This document shows positions 1 through 12,700 of a stretch of DNA of 56,554 bases, piece by piece. Source of the DNA: Candidatus Nomurabacteria bacterium RIFCSPLOWO2_01_FULL_33_24 (lineage in GTDB: Bacteria > Patescibacteriota > Minisyncoccia > Phycocordibacterales > MFUP01); assembly GCA_001785735.1 (NCBI GenBank), contig MFUP01000014.1:1-56554 (forward strand), in the 5' to 3' direction. Position 1 is the first letter of the stretch; every line of letters begins with the position of its first letter. The position numbers and the translations under genes are program-made. Below the pieces are notes generated by a model that saw nothing but the letters and a program-made list of their open reading frames with translations, did no database searches and was not told where the DNA came from.

Positions 1-704
1 TGGGTTTCTTTTAGTATGATTATTTCTTTTGGACTAATTGAAATAGAATTATGAACAACAGGACAAAGAACAATTTCTCCCAAATTAGTATCGCTGGAAC
101 AAATTGGAATTAGTTCTAAAGATGAATTAAGATGTTGTAAACTGTTTATTTTAGTAATCCCAAAAACATTAAGTTTGGCATAAAACTCCTGCAGAGGTGC
201 CTCTCCTCCGCCTGGAGGTGCCTCTCCTCCACCTGCTTCTTCGCCCCTTCCCGGTCCTTGAGCTAAAACTGTCGGGGTTTTAATTAATTTTTTTGAAAAA
301 AAAGTCAGAATATTTTTCCCAATATTTGGATATTGAAAAGCGGTATTATTTTGTTGACTTTCCTGATACTCACCTTGTTGCTCTTGTCCCGGAATTGGAA
401 TCCCCGGATAACTTTGGGCACTTAAGGAGGGATCGCCAACAACTACCACGTCATTCGTCCCGACAGACAGCCAAGTATTATAATAAGTAGCCAAACTACC
501 TAACTCTAAACCACCATTCTTTGTTTGGTCAGTTGGACCAATATTTAAAGGGGTTGGCGTATTATTAGCTGGGGGGATTACTCCTATGGGTGGCCCATTC
601 CAGGCATGCAAATAACTAAAACCAATACTCAAAACAAAACCTATTAAAGCAATCTTTGCTATGGTCATTAAATCTTTTTTTATATTTTTGGTATTCATTC
701 TCAT
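1..704 (-). CDS. hypothetical membrane-anchored protein, partial (3' end beyond left window edge)
   Basis: Absent from the supplied ORF track because it is edge-truncated. Manual minus-strand translation from ATG at 704 (MRMNTKNIKKDLMTIAKIALIGFVLSIGFSYLHAWNGPP...) stays open to base 3. It has one N-terminal hydrophobic helix, then a Pro/Gly-rich region with tandem GGGEAP-PGGGEAP (about nt 190-240). It starts 19 nt after the stop of the giant gene, on the same strand. Confidence 0.55.
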   Translation of the reverse strand, partial: MRMNTKNIKKDLMTIAKIALIGFVLSIGFSYLHAWNGPPIGVIPPANNTPTPLNIGPTDQTKNGGLELGSLATYYNTWLSVGTNDVVVVGDPSLSAQSYPGIPIPGQEQQGEYQESQQNNTAFQYPNIGKNILTFFSKKLIKTPTVLAQGPGRGEEAGGGEAPPGGGEAPLQEFYAKLNVFGITKINSLQHLNSSLELIPICSSDTNLGEIVLCPVVHNSISISPKEIIILKET

Positions 705-723
705 GACTAATTTTACTATAAAT

Positions 724-3700
724 CTATATTTCTTCAAAGATTATCTCTGGTAGTGGATTAATAGGGCTATTATTTGTAAGAATCACTGAGTCAGAAACAT
801 AGACAGAAGGATCAATCTCGCTCTGACAAGTAATAGTGAGAGTAACGGGTCCAGGATAAGGACTAACAATAACGCTAGTCTTTGTCCCAGAAGTTGCAAA
901 ATTAGTGTCAGTATTCCAAACAGGAGCACCAAAAGAACTTGTGGCATTACAACTATTAGCTAATAAATTATTCCCAGACCAGCGTAAATCAACTGTCCCC
1001 GGAATCATATCTTGAGGAGGAACATTGGCAGGATCAGGAATAAAATTACTATAAGTTAAGTTTACTGTTGGAGTTAAAATTTGTTGAGAAACAACTTCTG
1101 TATCAAAGAAATGATTATTAGAAGAATCAAGACAATCTATTACATAAACGGTTGGGTTCTCTGGGGTTTCTACTTCAAGAACTGGCCCCAAAGGACTATT
1201 AGAAGTATTAGGGATAGCAATCGCTGTTCCTGTCCCAGCAGGATCCCAGTTAGCAGTTGTAATTTTCCCAGAATAATTAGAGATATCCGAGGAAGGAAGA
1301 AGGGCAGAAATTCTTGGAATAAAACTATTGTCAAAACTGTAAGCTAAACAGCTGTTGAGGTCACCAGGAGCAAAAGTATTCGTTCCCCACCTAAGACCAG
1401 TTTCATATTTTAAACTAGCAGGATTGAAAGGAGCCGGAGTTAATCCAGACAAAGCTTGAAGGTAAAGATTCCCTTCGGGATTATATTCACATGGCAAAGG
1501 CGAACCTGTGTTGGTAGCTAAAGGATCACTACAATAACCAGACATATAAATACAATCACCGTCAGAATTAATAGTCATTCCGGCTGGTAAACTATTTTGA
1601 GTTCCTAGAATATTAGGACACCAGTCTGGACCAGGATCAGGAAGACAATTACCATCAACTAAATTAAATCCAAGGGGAACAACTAATTGAATATTTGGGA
1701 TATTTGGACAAACATCTTCTGGTGGCAAAATTGTGATGGTGGTGGTATCAGCCACAATATTTTCATTTCTTATTTTATTATCAGGACTTGAGGAGGTAAT
1801 TATCTTAAATCCTGTCGTCTCTGACCATAAAATAATTGTTCGGTTAGTTGAATCTCTTGGATCAACTACCGCAGTAATATTAAATATTCCATTAGGAGAA
1901 TTATCGGGATGGGAATTAATATCATCTGTTATTTCAGCAACAATTGTAGAAATACTTGTCCAAAATCCCTTTCGTTTAGTGATTAAGATACCGTTGATAG
2001 TTATTTCATAATCAATTGTTCCTCCTGTTTCAAATATTATTTTAGAAATCAAAGTATCGGCATTAGGATCATTTCTCAGACACTCAATATCATACTCTTT
2101 TACCACTGAGGTATTATTAGTATTTGTATTTACTAAATCTGTTTGGAGAATTGTTTCGCGCCCGGTTGGATCAACTAATAAACTATAATTCCAATCTACT
2201 CCGAGAGCGGAACAACTGCCGGGTTTGGTGTCAGAACCAGTCCATTCAAGAACAGCATCTGCTCCGGGAGCAGAAGGAACAGTAATATCATCATAATAAT
2301 TTCCGGCTGGGAGAGGATCGGTGGCTTCGGTATTTTTAGCTTTAATATCTATATTAGCTCCGAGTAAAACTGGAACACTGTCATTGACTGTTCCTCCAAA
2401 TTCATCATCACAAGTAATAGTGAAAGTAGCTGATTGAGTAAGATTTATACCAACAAAAGCTAAGCCACTTCCTGGGGTTGGAGCATTATCAGAAAGACTT
2501 TGCCCATTATACCACATAGGGATGCCAGCATTAGATGGAACAACCGAGGCAACACAACTTCCTGAAACAATATTTCTTGTTTTCCAAGTTAGTTTTATTA
2601 ACCCACCAGTAGCAGGTAAACTCAAAGAATTTTTTCCATCTGCCCTAATATCAACAATAGGAACTGTGGGAGGAAGAACATTAACATAAGCTTTTTGGTC
2701 GGCTGTCTTTTCTGTTGCTTCTGTTGCTAACCCGGAAACTCCTTGACAAGAAGTTTGGTAAACAAAAACTTTAGTTCCTATTAATGTTTGAACATCTCCA
2801 GTCGTCCCATAGTTAGTAATAATAAATTTAGAATTATTTGTATTTTTAATATCTAAGGTAATAGTAATAGTGTTATTTCCGTTCCAAACAGCGGTTACTC
2901 CTGAAGAATATTTTTTGTAATTAATCTCATTTGTCAATGTTTCAGCGTCAGCTACTAAATCTCCAGAATAAGTGACACTATCAATAGTTGCTCCATTGAG
3001 TTCAACCTTAAAACGACCTCCAAAAATAGAATTTTCTGTTAAAGTAATAATTCTACTAAAAATTGAGTTGGTTGGAGAGAAAGTAGAACGAAAAGTAGGA
3101 AAACCCATACTATCTCTACTTAAGTCTTTTACCGGGAAAGAGTTAATAAGAACTGTTTCATTCTTGGCCATCGCCACTACCTCATTTGAAACATTATTAT
3201 TAGGATCGTTGATTTCATTGGCTAGATTAATAGCGGAATTACTTAATGGAACAATTAAGGGAGTACTGATTGGATTATTATTGATAGCTAAACCGAAAGT
3301 GCCACTATTTCCACTCAAAACAACTCCCGCTAAATTGGTGTAAGATGATTGAATAATAATTTTAGCGTTATCTCCATAAACAATATTATTGGTCATATCC
3401 TCTATGGTAAATTGAGAATTTGAATAAACAGTAATTATATTTCCTGATGAGATGGCATTGATGCCAGTAGTGCCAGAATTTGAATTAATCAACGAAACTA
3501 AATTTGAAGCGGATAAGGTAAGATTATTATTAACTGTTTTATCATAAGTATTACTATTAATTTTTAGATGAAAAGTTCCGCTAGTTCCATATAATTGAGC
3601 ACTGGCTGATAAAGTATTAGAAGCAATGGTTCCGCTATTATTTAAGACTCCTGTGGTATTAAGCCCTGGACCAGGATGAAGCGGATTTTGGGTCGCGTGC

Positions 3701-6700
3701 CAACTTGGATCAGTCCAATTCCAATCACTACTAGAACCATAATTATTTGTGGATACGCAAGTGCTATAATCAACATTTCCACCCCACCACCTAATATCAA
3801 CTTCACTTCCAGAAGGAACATTGATAAGAGTATCTGGTCCAGAGGGTGTCTTTTCAACAGTTAAATTAACATAAGGATCTGGGAGAACATCAACAGTAAC
3901 TTCTTTAGGAGTCCCATCACAAGTAAGAATATATTTATAAGTATCAATTAAGGCAATGGTCATATTGGCAGGATTATATGAGTCTGTATAGAAACCATTA
4001 TTTAATTCAAAATTATCAGCCCCATCAGTAATAGAAAATGGCGTTGGTGAAGTAATTACAATTTTTGAACCAAAAGCTGTTGCTGTTAAGTTTGGAACAG
4101 TTGTTTGAATATCATTTATAAACAAAGCTATTAATTCTGCATCACTATCTGTGTCACCTGAGGCTAAAAATGGCCCAAAATGATTACCATTAATAACCAA
4201 CCAAAATTGATCATTAGTTCCAAGATCAATCCCCTCAATTCCTCCTGATAAAGTAACAATTGCTTTTTTGGTATAGGCTTGAGTACCATCATTAATTAAA
4301 GGACCTTGTGTTTCTTGACCTCCTAAAGGATTTTTATTTCCACTCCAGTTTCCAGTAGCTAGACAGCTAGACATATCTGTCGCTTCCCAAGTTAGTTCTG
4401 CCTCTGCTCCTGAAGGAATAACAATGCTGTCTGTTGGAGTATTCGGACTTGGTTTGGTATCTGGATCATCGCTTTTTACATCAAAAGTTATTCCTGAAGT
4501 ATCTTCCTCCTCTGGAAGAACAGTCACATATACTTCTTTTTTATCTATCATTCCTCCGGTTCCCGGAACTCCTTCGCATTGAACTTCGTAGGCTTTAACT
4601 ACTGTCCCTAAAGTCAGTTTTGGAGAAGAAGTTGTAATATCAAAAGTACCAGCCTGAGTAGCAACACTCTCAAGATTTACTTTAATGGTCTTGCCATTTG
4701 GAATAGCAATAATGCCAGGAATAGTATTTAATTTGGTTGATAAGCCAGAGGCATCATTTACTAAGTTTGAAGGATCAGAGGGATTTTGATATTTTGTTAT
4801 TCCATTTACTTCTATTCCCCAAGTATCTCCAGAACCTGTTGCGTTTCCAGACAAAGTAAGCATTTTTGTATAGGCATCAATAGTACTAACTGAAATTGAA
4901 TTAATGCTACTGGAAGTAGTATCTTTAGTTGGGAATGAATTAATAATAACAACATTATTTTTAGAAATTGCGGTTACTAATTCAGAAACAATCGGATCAG
5001 AGTTTATGGCATCTCTTAGGGCATTAGCAATTGCTGATTTTGTGCTCTCAGAAGCAGAGATTGGAGATCCATCAATTTCAATTTCATAAGTTCCTCCGAT
5101 ATCATCAATTGTTACTGTCGCTAATTGAACAGAGGATGTCCCAGCCCCATTGTTCTTCAGGAAATTATTTGTTTCTGCTGATCCTGCCCCTAATCCAAAA
5201 GGAGGTAAAACTTTGGTAGCATGATACCCGGGACCTTGCCAAATCCAATTAGAATCTCCGTCATTGTTGCGCGCCCTGCAATTATTAGTATCATATTTAA
5301 CATTATTTCCCCACCATTTTAGCCTGACTCGTTCTCCCGCTGAATTAGGACTAATAGAAACAACTGAACTTGGACCAACATTAGTAATAGTTCCTTCAAC
5401 AGTAAGTCCAACTTCTGGCTCTGGCAAAACAGTGACTGTAACACTTTCAGGATAATTATTTCCAGCAACATCCTGACAAGTTAAGATATATTCATAAGTA
5501 TCAACTAGGGCAATATTGATAATTAGATTTCCTCCGATTGTTCCTTCGTAACCATAATAACTTCCGGGATTAGGATTAGGTCTTTTTTCAGTAATTGTAA
5601 ACCACGAAGAAGAACTAGAAACTTCTATGGTATTTGTCCCGGTAGAAACAGCTGTTATATATCCCGGAAATGTGTCGTTAATTTTATTAATTAAAGCAGT
5701 ATAAGAATCAGTAAAATTATTATTAAAGGGAACTTCAACGGCTGTTCCTTCAATAATGACTCCAAAATAATTTCCAGAATTTCCCGATAAAGTCAAGATT
5801 GCTTTTTTGGTGACAGTTTGAGTGCCATTATTAATTAATATTCCTGTTGATTCCCCTTCTGTCCAAGGATCATTAAGATTAACTCTGGTTGGGGTGCTAG
5901 TTAAAACATCTGGAGTAATTCCCATTCCAGACAAAGTTACAATTTCGCCATTAGCAATGGCGTTAATGTTTGGCAAAGAATCCCAATCACTAGCAAAAGC
6001 GTGAGCTGCTTGAGCTGATGATGCGAAAGATTTAGTAACATAACCCTGCCCCGGAAGATTAATCTTAATTCTAAATTGTCCAGATCCAGAAAAAATAATA
6101 TCTCTCTGGAAAGTGGAAGAGATCCCTCTAGGACCTGTTCCCATAGGAGCGGCCCAATCTCCGCTGGCTTGACAACTGGTCATGTCCCCCATAGACCATT
6201 TTAATAAGGCTTCCGCTCCCGAAGGAATAATAATATCGGGATAGGCGACGGGAGAAGGAGAAGGTTGAGTATTTGGATTATCACTTTCTACGGTAAATAT
6301 TCCCGACGAAGACCCAATTTCAACTCCGGTTGGAAAAACAGAAACAAAAGCGCTATCAAAAACTTCAGAATCAGAATTAGGAACTCCTCCACAATAAAGA
6401 TCGTATTCATGAACAACCGTTCCAACAACAAAATCTCCGCTGGTAGTAATATCTTTTTGAAGTTTAAAATAAGAACCATTATAATTTGTATCAATTGAGT
6501 TGAGAGTGATATAAATATCCGCTCCCTCCGCTTTAGCCGTAAAGTATTTATTAAGGCTATTATCATTATTTATTTTATTTGCCAAATCTTGAGCATAATC
6601 AGAAAATGGAAGAATTGGGGTCTGCCAAGATAAAGAAGATATTGAGATACCGTTAATTTCAATGCCATATTTTTGAGAACCATTAGTTAAACTATTGGTA

Positions 6701-9700
6701 ATAGTTACTTTCCTCGCCCTAGAAGAAGAAATGGGGTTTATTGTTATTTTATTTGAAAGACTGGACTTATCAACAATCCGAAGGGAAGAAATAATTATTT
6801 CTCCATCCACTACCGTTGCAACCACCTCTTGATTAACAGATGAATTATTATTTATATTTGTAGCTAGAGTTGAAGTATCGCTCCCCGTAATTACCGTTCC
6901 ATTAATTTCCACTCCGGCTGTTCCTGAATTAACCACAACCGATCCAAGTTGAGTCTGAACAGGTTGGATAATTAATTTTACATCTCCAGAACTATTATCT
7001 AAAACATTAAGAAAATTACCGCTATCTTTTCTAATAATAATTTGTGATCCACTTACTGAAGCTGAGTATTGCGAATGGGAATCAATAGCATCACTTAATT
7101 CAGCTATTGGATCAGGAACACTAGATAAAACTGAGAAATTATTACTAAAATCAACCGTTAATTTAAAAGTTCCAGTAGCTCCTGTGGATTTTGACAAGGC
7201 AACGCTCATAATATTCATATCGCTCTTAATTAAACCTCCATCACCAGTATTTTCCACGGGAACATTAAGATTTCCTCCCGGGCCAGGTGGCGATAATAAG
7301 GGTTGAGTAGCGTGAAAACCGGCGCTTGTCCATTGCCAATCTCCGGGGGGAGTATTTCTTGCATCATAATTATTCTTAGCCCAACAAGTGTCATAATTGA
7401 CATTATGAGCCCACCATTGAATATCAATCGTTTCTCCGTCAGAAACTGCTTCTGCTTTTCTATAAACTAGGTCTGATGATTTCTTCACGGATAAATCATT
7501 GTCTGCTTCAGGAAGAACATTCACAATAACTTTTTCAGATGGGGTAATCGGAGTCCCACTTGAATCATTACAACTTAATTCATATTCAAAAGTTTTAACT
7601 AAGGCTATTGCCAAATTTGCGATTCCGGTTGAATCAACCGCTTGTCTAATTGTAAAAGGAGAAGAAGAGATTATCTCTATTAATGGAGCGGAGGGGTCTG
7701 GTTGAGAGGCGATAAGATTAGGTATTCCCAAATTATTAATTTCTATCACAATGAAACCAGTATCGACTTTTTTATCAAAAGAAGAAGTAACAAGGTTTGT
7801 TGTATAATCTGTTCCTCCTATTCCAAAAATAATTTTATATTCTCCGCCCGTCGTGCTTGGTTCTACGGTTAAAATTGCTTTTTCGGTGTCAGTCGCTGTT
7901 CCGTCATTGATTAAAGGCCCCTCTGTTTCACTGCCAGAATCAGCTTTACTGCCAGTAGTAGTCCAATCACCAGAAGCAAGACAAGATCCCGGATCAATAT
8001 CGGTAGCGACCCATTCCAAATCAATTTCCGCTCCCGAGGGAATAATAATATCGGAATAGGCGGCGGGAGAAGGAGAAGGTTGAGTATTTGGATTATCGCT
8101 TTCTACTGTTAGAGTTATTCCGGTTTGAGGTTCGATTCCTATCGGCAAAACAGTCACATAGGCCTCTTCATAAGCGGTAGTTCCATCCACTCCCAAACAA
8201 TTAAGATTGTATTCTCTAACTTTTGTCCCCACCGTGACATCTCCAGTCATCGTTGAACTCTTAGTTAAAGTAAAGGCAGAAGCAGTATTACTATTATTAG
8301 AGGCATTGAGAGTAATAGTAATTTTATTTCCATCTAAGGTGGTGGTTGTGCCAGCTATAGATATTAGATTAAAAATTTCAAGAGCGGCCTCAGTAGCTGT
8401 TTCTCCCGGACCAAGAGGATAAGAATAAGAGGATCCATTAATCTCAACCTTAAAAGTGTCTCCTGAACTTCCTCCGGTGAAGGTGATTGTTTTTGTTCTA
8501 GTTGTCGGATCAGAAAGAGAAGAAACTGTTGTTGTGGCTGGATTATTTGGTCCAAAATCAATGTGGCCAACAACACTAAGGGCGGTAATTATTACGGTAG
8601 TTCCTTCTCGGTGAGCAATTACTTTTTTGTTAACAGAAGTATTTGTATTTATGGCAATAGCCAGATTTTTAGCTATTTTCCCTTCAGATAAAGCTGGGGA
8701 AAAAGCAACACTAATCGGAGTCCCGTTAATAATCGCTCCATAGAAGGCAAGATTAATACTATTATTTACTGTAATTGACCCTAACTTTGTAGCAATTGAT
8801 TCAATCATAATGTGAGCATTGCCACCAGAGGTAGAGGAGGAATCAATATTAAATAAAGTTGAAGAACTTAAAGTAATTACTGGACCATTTTGAGTGGTAG
8901 TTAAACCAGTAATCGCCAATGAATCAATTTCATTCTTTAAACTAAGAGCATCGGCTGTAAGATCTCCAGTGGCCGAGACATTAATAGGTTGGGAATTAAT
9001 TTTTATTTCAAAAGTGCCAGCGGTTCCTGATAAAGTAGCCGAAGCCACAGTCGTATTAGCGGTTAATCCATCATTTTCTAATTGAAAAGTTGCTTGAGTT
9101 CCTATCCCTGAAGGATCAAGGGGTGGTTTGGTGGCGTGAAAACTAGGAAAACCATTAAACCACCAATCAGAGAAGGACCCATAATTATTAGCGCCATAAC
9201 ATTGGTTGTATTTTACATTATGAGCCCACCATTTAAGAATCACATCATCCCCGTCATAAACAACAGCTGTCGATGGACTAGCAGAAAATGGGTCATCAAC
9301 TATCAAGCTAACTGATGGTTTTGGAAGAACAGTGACGGTGACACTTTCTGGATAATCATTTCCACCAGCATCATGACAAGTTAAGATATATTCGTAAGTA
9401 TCAACTAAGGCAATATCAATATTCCCGTCTCTGTATGCGTCACTTGTATTAAAATCGGTAACAGAGAAAGGTCCGCTAACTGATTCTAAAATCATGACAT
9501 ATGGATTTAACGGGTCTTTGCTGGCAAGAACAATTGGGCTTAAAACTGGATCAGCATTTATATATAAAACCATGGCATCAACGGCTAAATCGGCAGTGGT
9601 GGAAGAACTTTTTATGACTGAGTAGATGTTATTGATAGTAATTTCAAAAGTACTGTCATAGCCTGAGAAAGTTAGAATTGCTTTTTCGGTGTCAGTAGCT

Positions 9701-12700
9701 ATCCCGTTATTGATTAAGGGAGAAGTTAATTGAAAACCTGAAGTATTAATCGCATTGCTCCAATCTCCGGAAGCATCACAGCTGGTCATATCGGTTGTTG
9801 ACCAAACTAATTTAGCTATCTCTCCTGAATTAATAGTAATATCAGAAGCGGAAGCAGGAGGATTAGGATCTCTCTCAACGGTGAAAGTTAAACTAGGGTT
9901 AATTCGTTTTCCAGCCGGGAGAATAGTGACATAACTATAATCTTCTGTTGAAAAATTGGTAGAAGAAATCCCCTCACAAGAAAGCTGATAACTATGGACA
10001 GTTGTTCCGATGGTGATGGCCCCGACGGTAGAACCGCCATCAATAATTTCAAAGAGGGGAGCATCGGAATTATTTATCTCTGAAGTCAGAGTAATAACAT
10101 TGTATTTGGAGGAAAAATCTACATCACTGTGACTCTGAGTCAAATTACTACCTAAATTATGGGCTTCCTGATGAAGAGTTTTGGTATTGATTGTCTCTGA
10201 AACCGGAGAAGGACTGGTAAATGATAATTTATTTAGGGAAGCCTTAAAAGACCCGGTAACAAGATTACTGGTCTTATCTAAGAAAATCTTTTTTTCTCTG
10301 GCAGAAATTGAACTAATTGAAATATCGGCACCAGAAAGAGGAAGAATATCTTTTTTGATTTCTGTTTTAAAAGAGTTTATAATGACTACATTTTGTTCGG
10401 CAGTTGCCCCAACACTAGAAACAAAAGTGGAATTAGAAACCGAGGGAGCAGAACCACTATTATCTTCATTTATTTTTTCTGCTAAATCTTGGGCTGTGGT
10501 ATTTTTATCTGTATTCCAAGGAACGGAAGAAGTGATTCCGTTAATTTCAACAACCACTGTTCCACTAGTTCCATTTATGGTAATGGTTGCCAGTCGAGTA
10601 GTAATTGATTCAACAGAAATAAAAGCATCTCCCCCAGAAGTATCTAAGGCGTCAATATTAAAAGAATTGGTGTCATCATAAATATCACTATTAGATTTAA
10701 TTGTTATTATCTCATCAACCGCCGTGGCCGAAACGCCAGCAATATCAGCGGTTATTAATCTTGCTAATTCTGTAGCGACTTGAGCTAAAGTTGGATAGGT
10801 TGAACCAAGAGTAACACTTTTAGTTATTCCCTTAATCTTTATTTTAAATTCTCCTCCAATATTGCTTCCGGACAAGATGGCGGTAGCAGCGGTAGTAAAA
10901 ATTAAGCTCCCGTCATTAACCGCCTCTGTTGGGATAATTTGAGTAGTTCCCGATGATCCATCATCTCCTATATTAAACAAAGAACCTGTTGAGGAACTTG
11001 TAATTATTATTGTTTTACCATCTGCATCTGTAGGATCAATGGAAGCGGTAACAAAGAAAGCTTCACCATTGGTAGCAATATTGTTTATCTTGTCTTTTAA
11101 TTTATCGGCTGTTATCTTTAAAGAAGTATCAAATAACTGAATAATCGATTGATCATTAATTCTAATATTAAAATTATTACCAATAATGCCACTAACAAGT
11201 TTTATTTTAACTTCTTTAAGAGTTCCAATTCCCTGTTTTCCTGCTACCGGAGTCAAAGACCCTTTATGTCCATGATAACTAGGATCTGACCAATCCCACT
11301 CTCTTCCTTGAAAAGAATTTTCTGTGTAACTATTTTCAGCTTGGCAAGAACTGTAATCTACATTATGACCCCACCATTTGAGGCGTCCCCAATCATCACC
11401 GCCCATCCAGTCAGGAAGAACAGAATAATCTGCTCCGGAGACAACACTGACCGCCGGTAAAAAGCCCCCTCCGGTATTTTTAGTTCTAGCAGTTAAATCA
11501 GAAGTTGGTTCTGGTAAAATTGTAATTGTGGCTGTTTCAGTAAAAATATTATTGTCAACATTGGTACAAATTAAGGTATACTTTTTAACAATTGTGTACC
11601 CAATCTCAATATTAGGTGGAGAATTACTATTGACATCTTTTTCTGTCCCTTCGTCTGTGATAGTGAATGGAGTTGTAGAAATAATAATTATTTCTGATGT
11701 ACCCGGTTCTCGTGATACTGTCATCCCAGAAGCATAGTTATCAATATAAGAAGAAATATAGCTTACCAACATTTGAGCAGTACTTTCGGGACTTGATTGA
11801 GCAAAAATGGGACCAATTGGATTTCCATCAATCTTAAGACCAAATTTATCAGAAGAACCAGAAGTGCCTCCCGAGACAGTAAGAATTGCTTTTTCAGTAC
11901 TAGTAGCTGTTCCGTCATTAATTAAAATTCCCGTGGTTTCTCCTTCGGTTTTTCCAAGAGACATATTTCCTGTCCCAGAGATACTAACGGTAAAAGAAGT
12001 AGAGCCGCTAGAATCAATAAAAACTTTAGACGATAAGTTTGACCCGTTATGGGCAGTAGCTTTAATAGCGCTAACCCCGGCAGAATTTATTGCTTGGGCT
12101 AAATTATCGGCAGTGGTTGATAAATTAGTATCATAATTTTCGGAGACAGAAATAGAATTTAGAGTGGTATCAGTAGGAATAATATTAAGATTAAAAGTAC
12201 CAGAAGTTCCAGTTAATGTTACTTCTTGAGAAAGAACAATGGCTGGGTTTGGAGAGTAAGGATTGCGACTGGTTCCCAACCCAAGTCCAATGTTTCCACC
12301 GGCCCAATCACTACCAACGCCAGAAGAGGCTGATTCACAGATAAGGGAATCGTCATCGCTGTCCCAAGTTAAAATTGCTTCCGCCCCAGAAGGAACAGTA
12401 AGATCAGTAGTTTTCCCAGAGGGATAAGCGTAAGGATCATCACTTTCAGCTTTTAACCCGAGAGAAAAAACATAATCAAGAACTCCCGCATAGACTGTTC
12501 TGCTGATACTACTAATAGACCCTAAAGTAGGACAAGAAAGGGTATATTTTCTTACGGTACTGATAACATCCATTTCTCCTGCATCCCCAGTAGTGGAATT
12601 AGAAACAGTGAATGAATTTCCTGTTTTTGTTTCAATTAAAATAATACTAATACCAAGGATCTCATCATATAAATGTTTAACTTCTACCAAAGAATTAAGA

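Noticed and set aside
293-490. 65-aa + strand ORF
   Set aside because: It is antisense to the longer edge-truncated minus-strand ORF (1-704), which has a TM helix and operon context.
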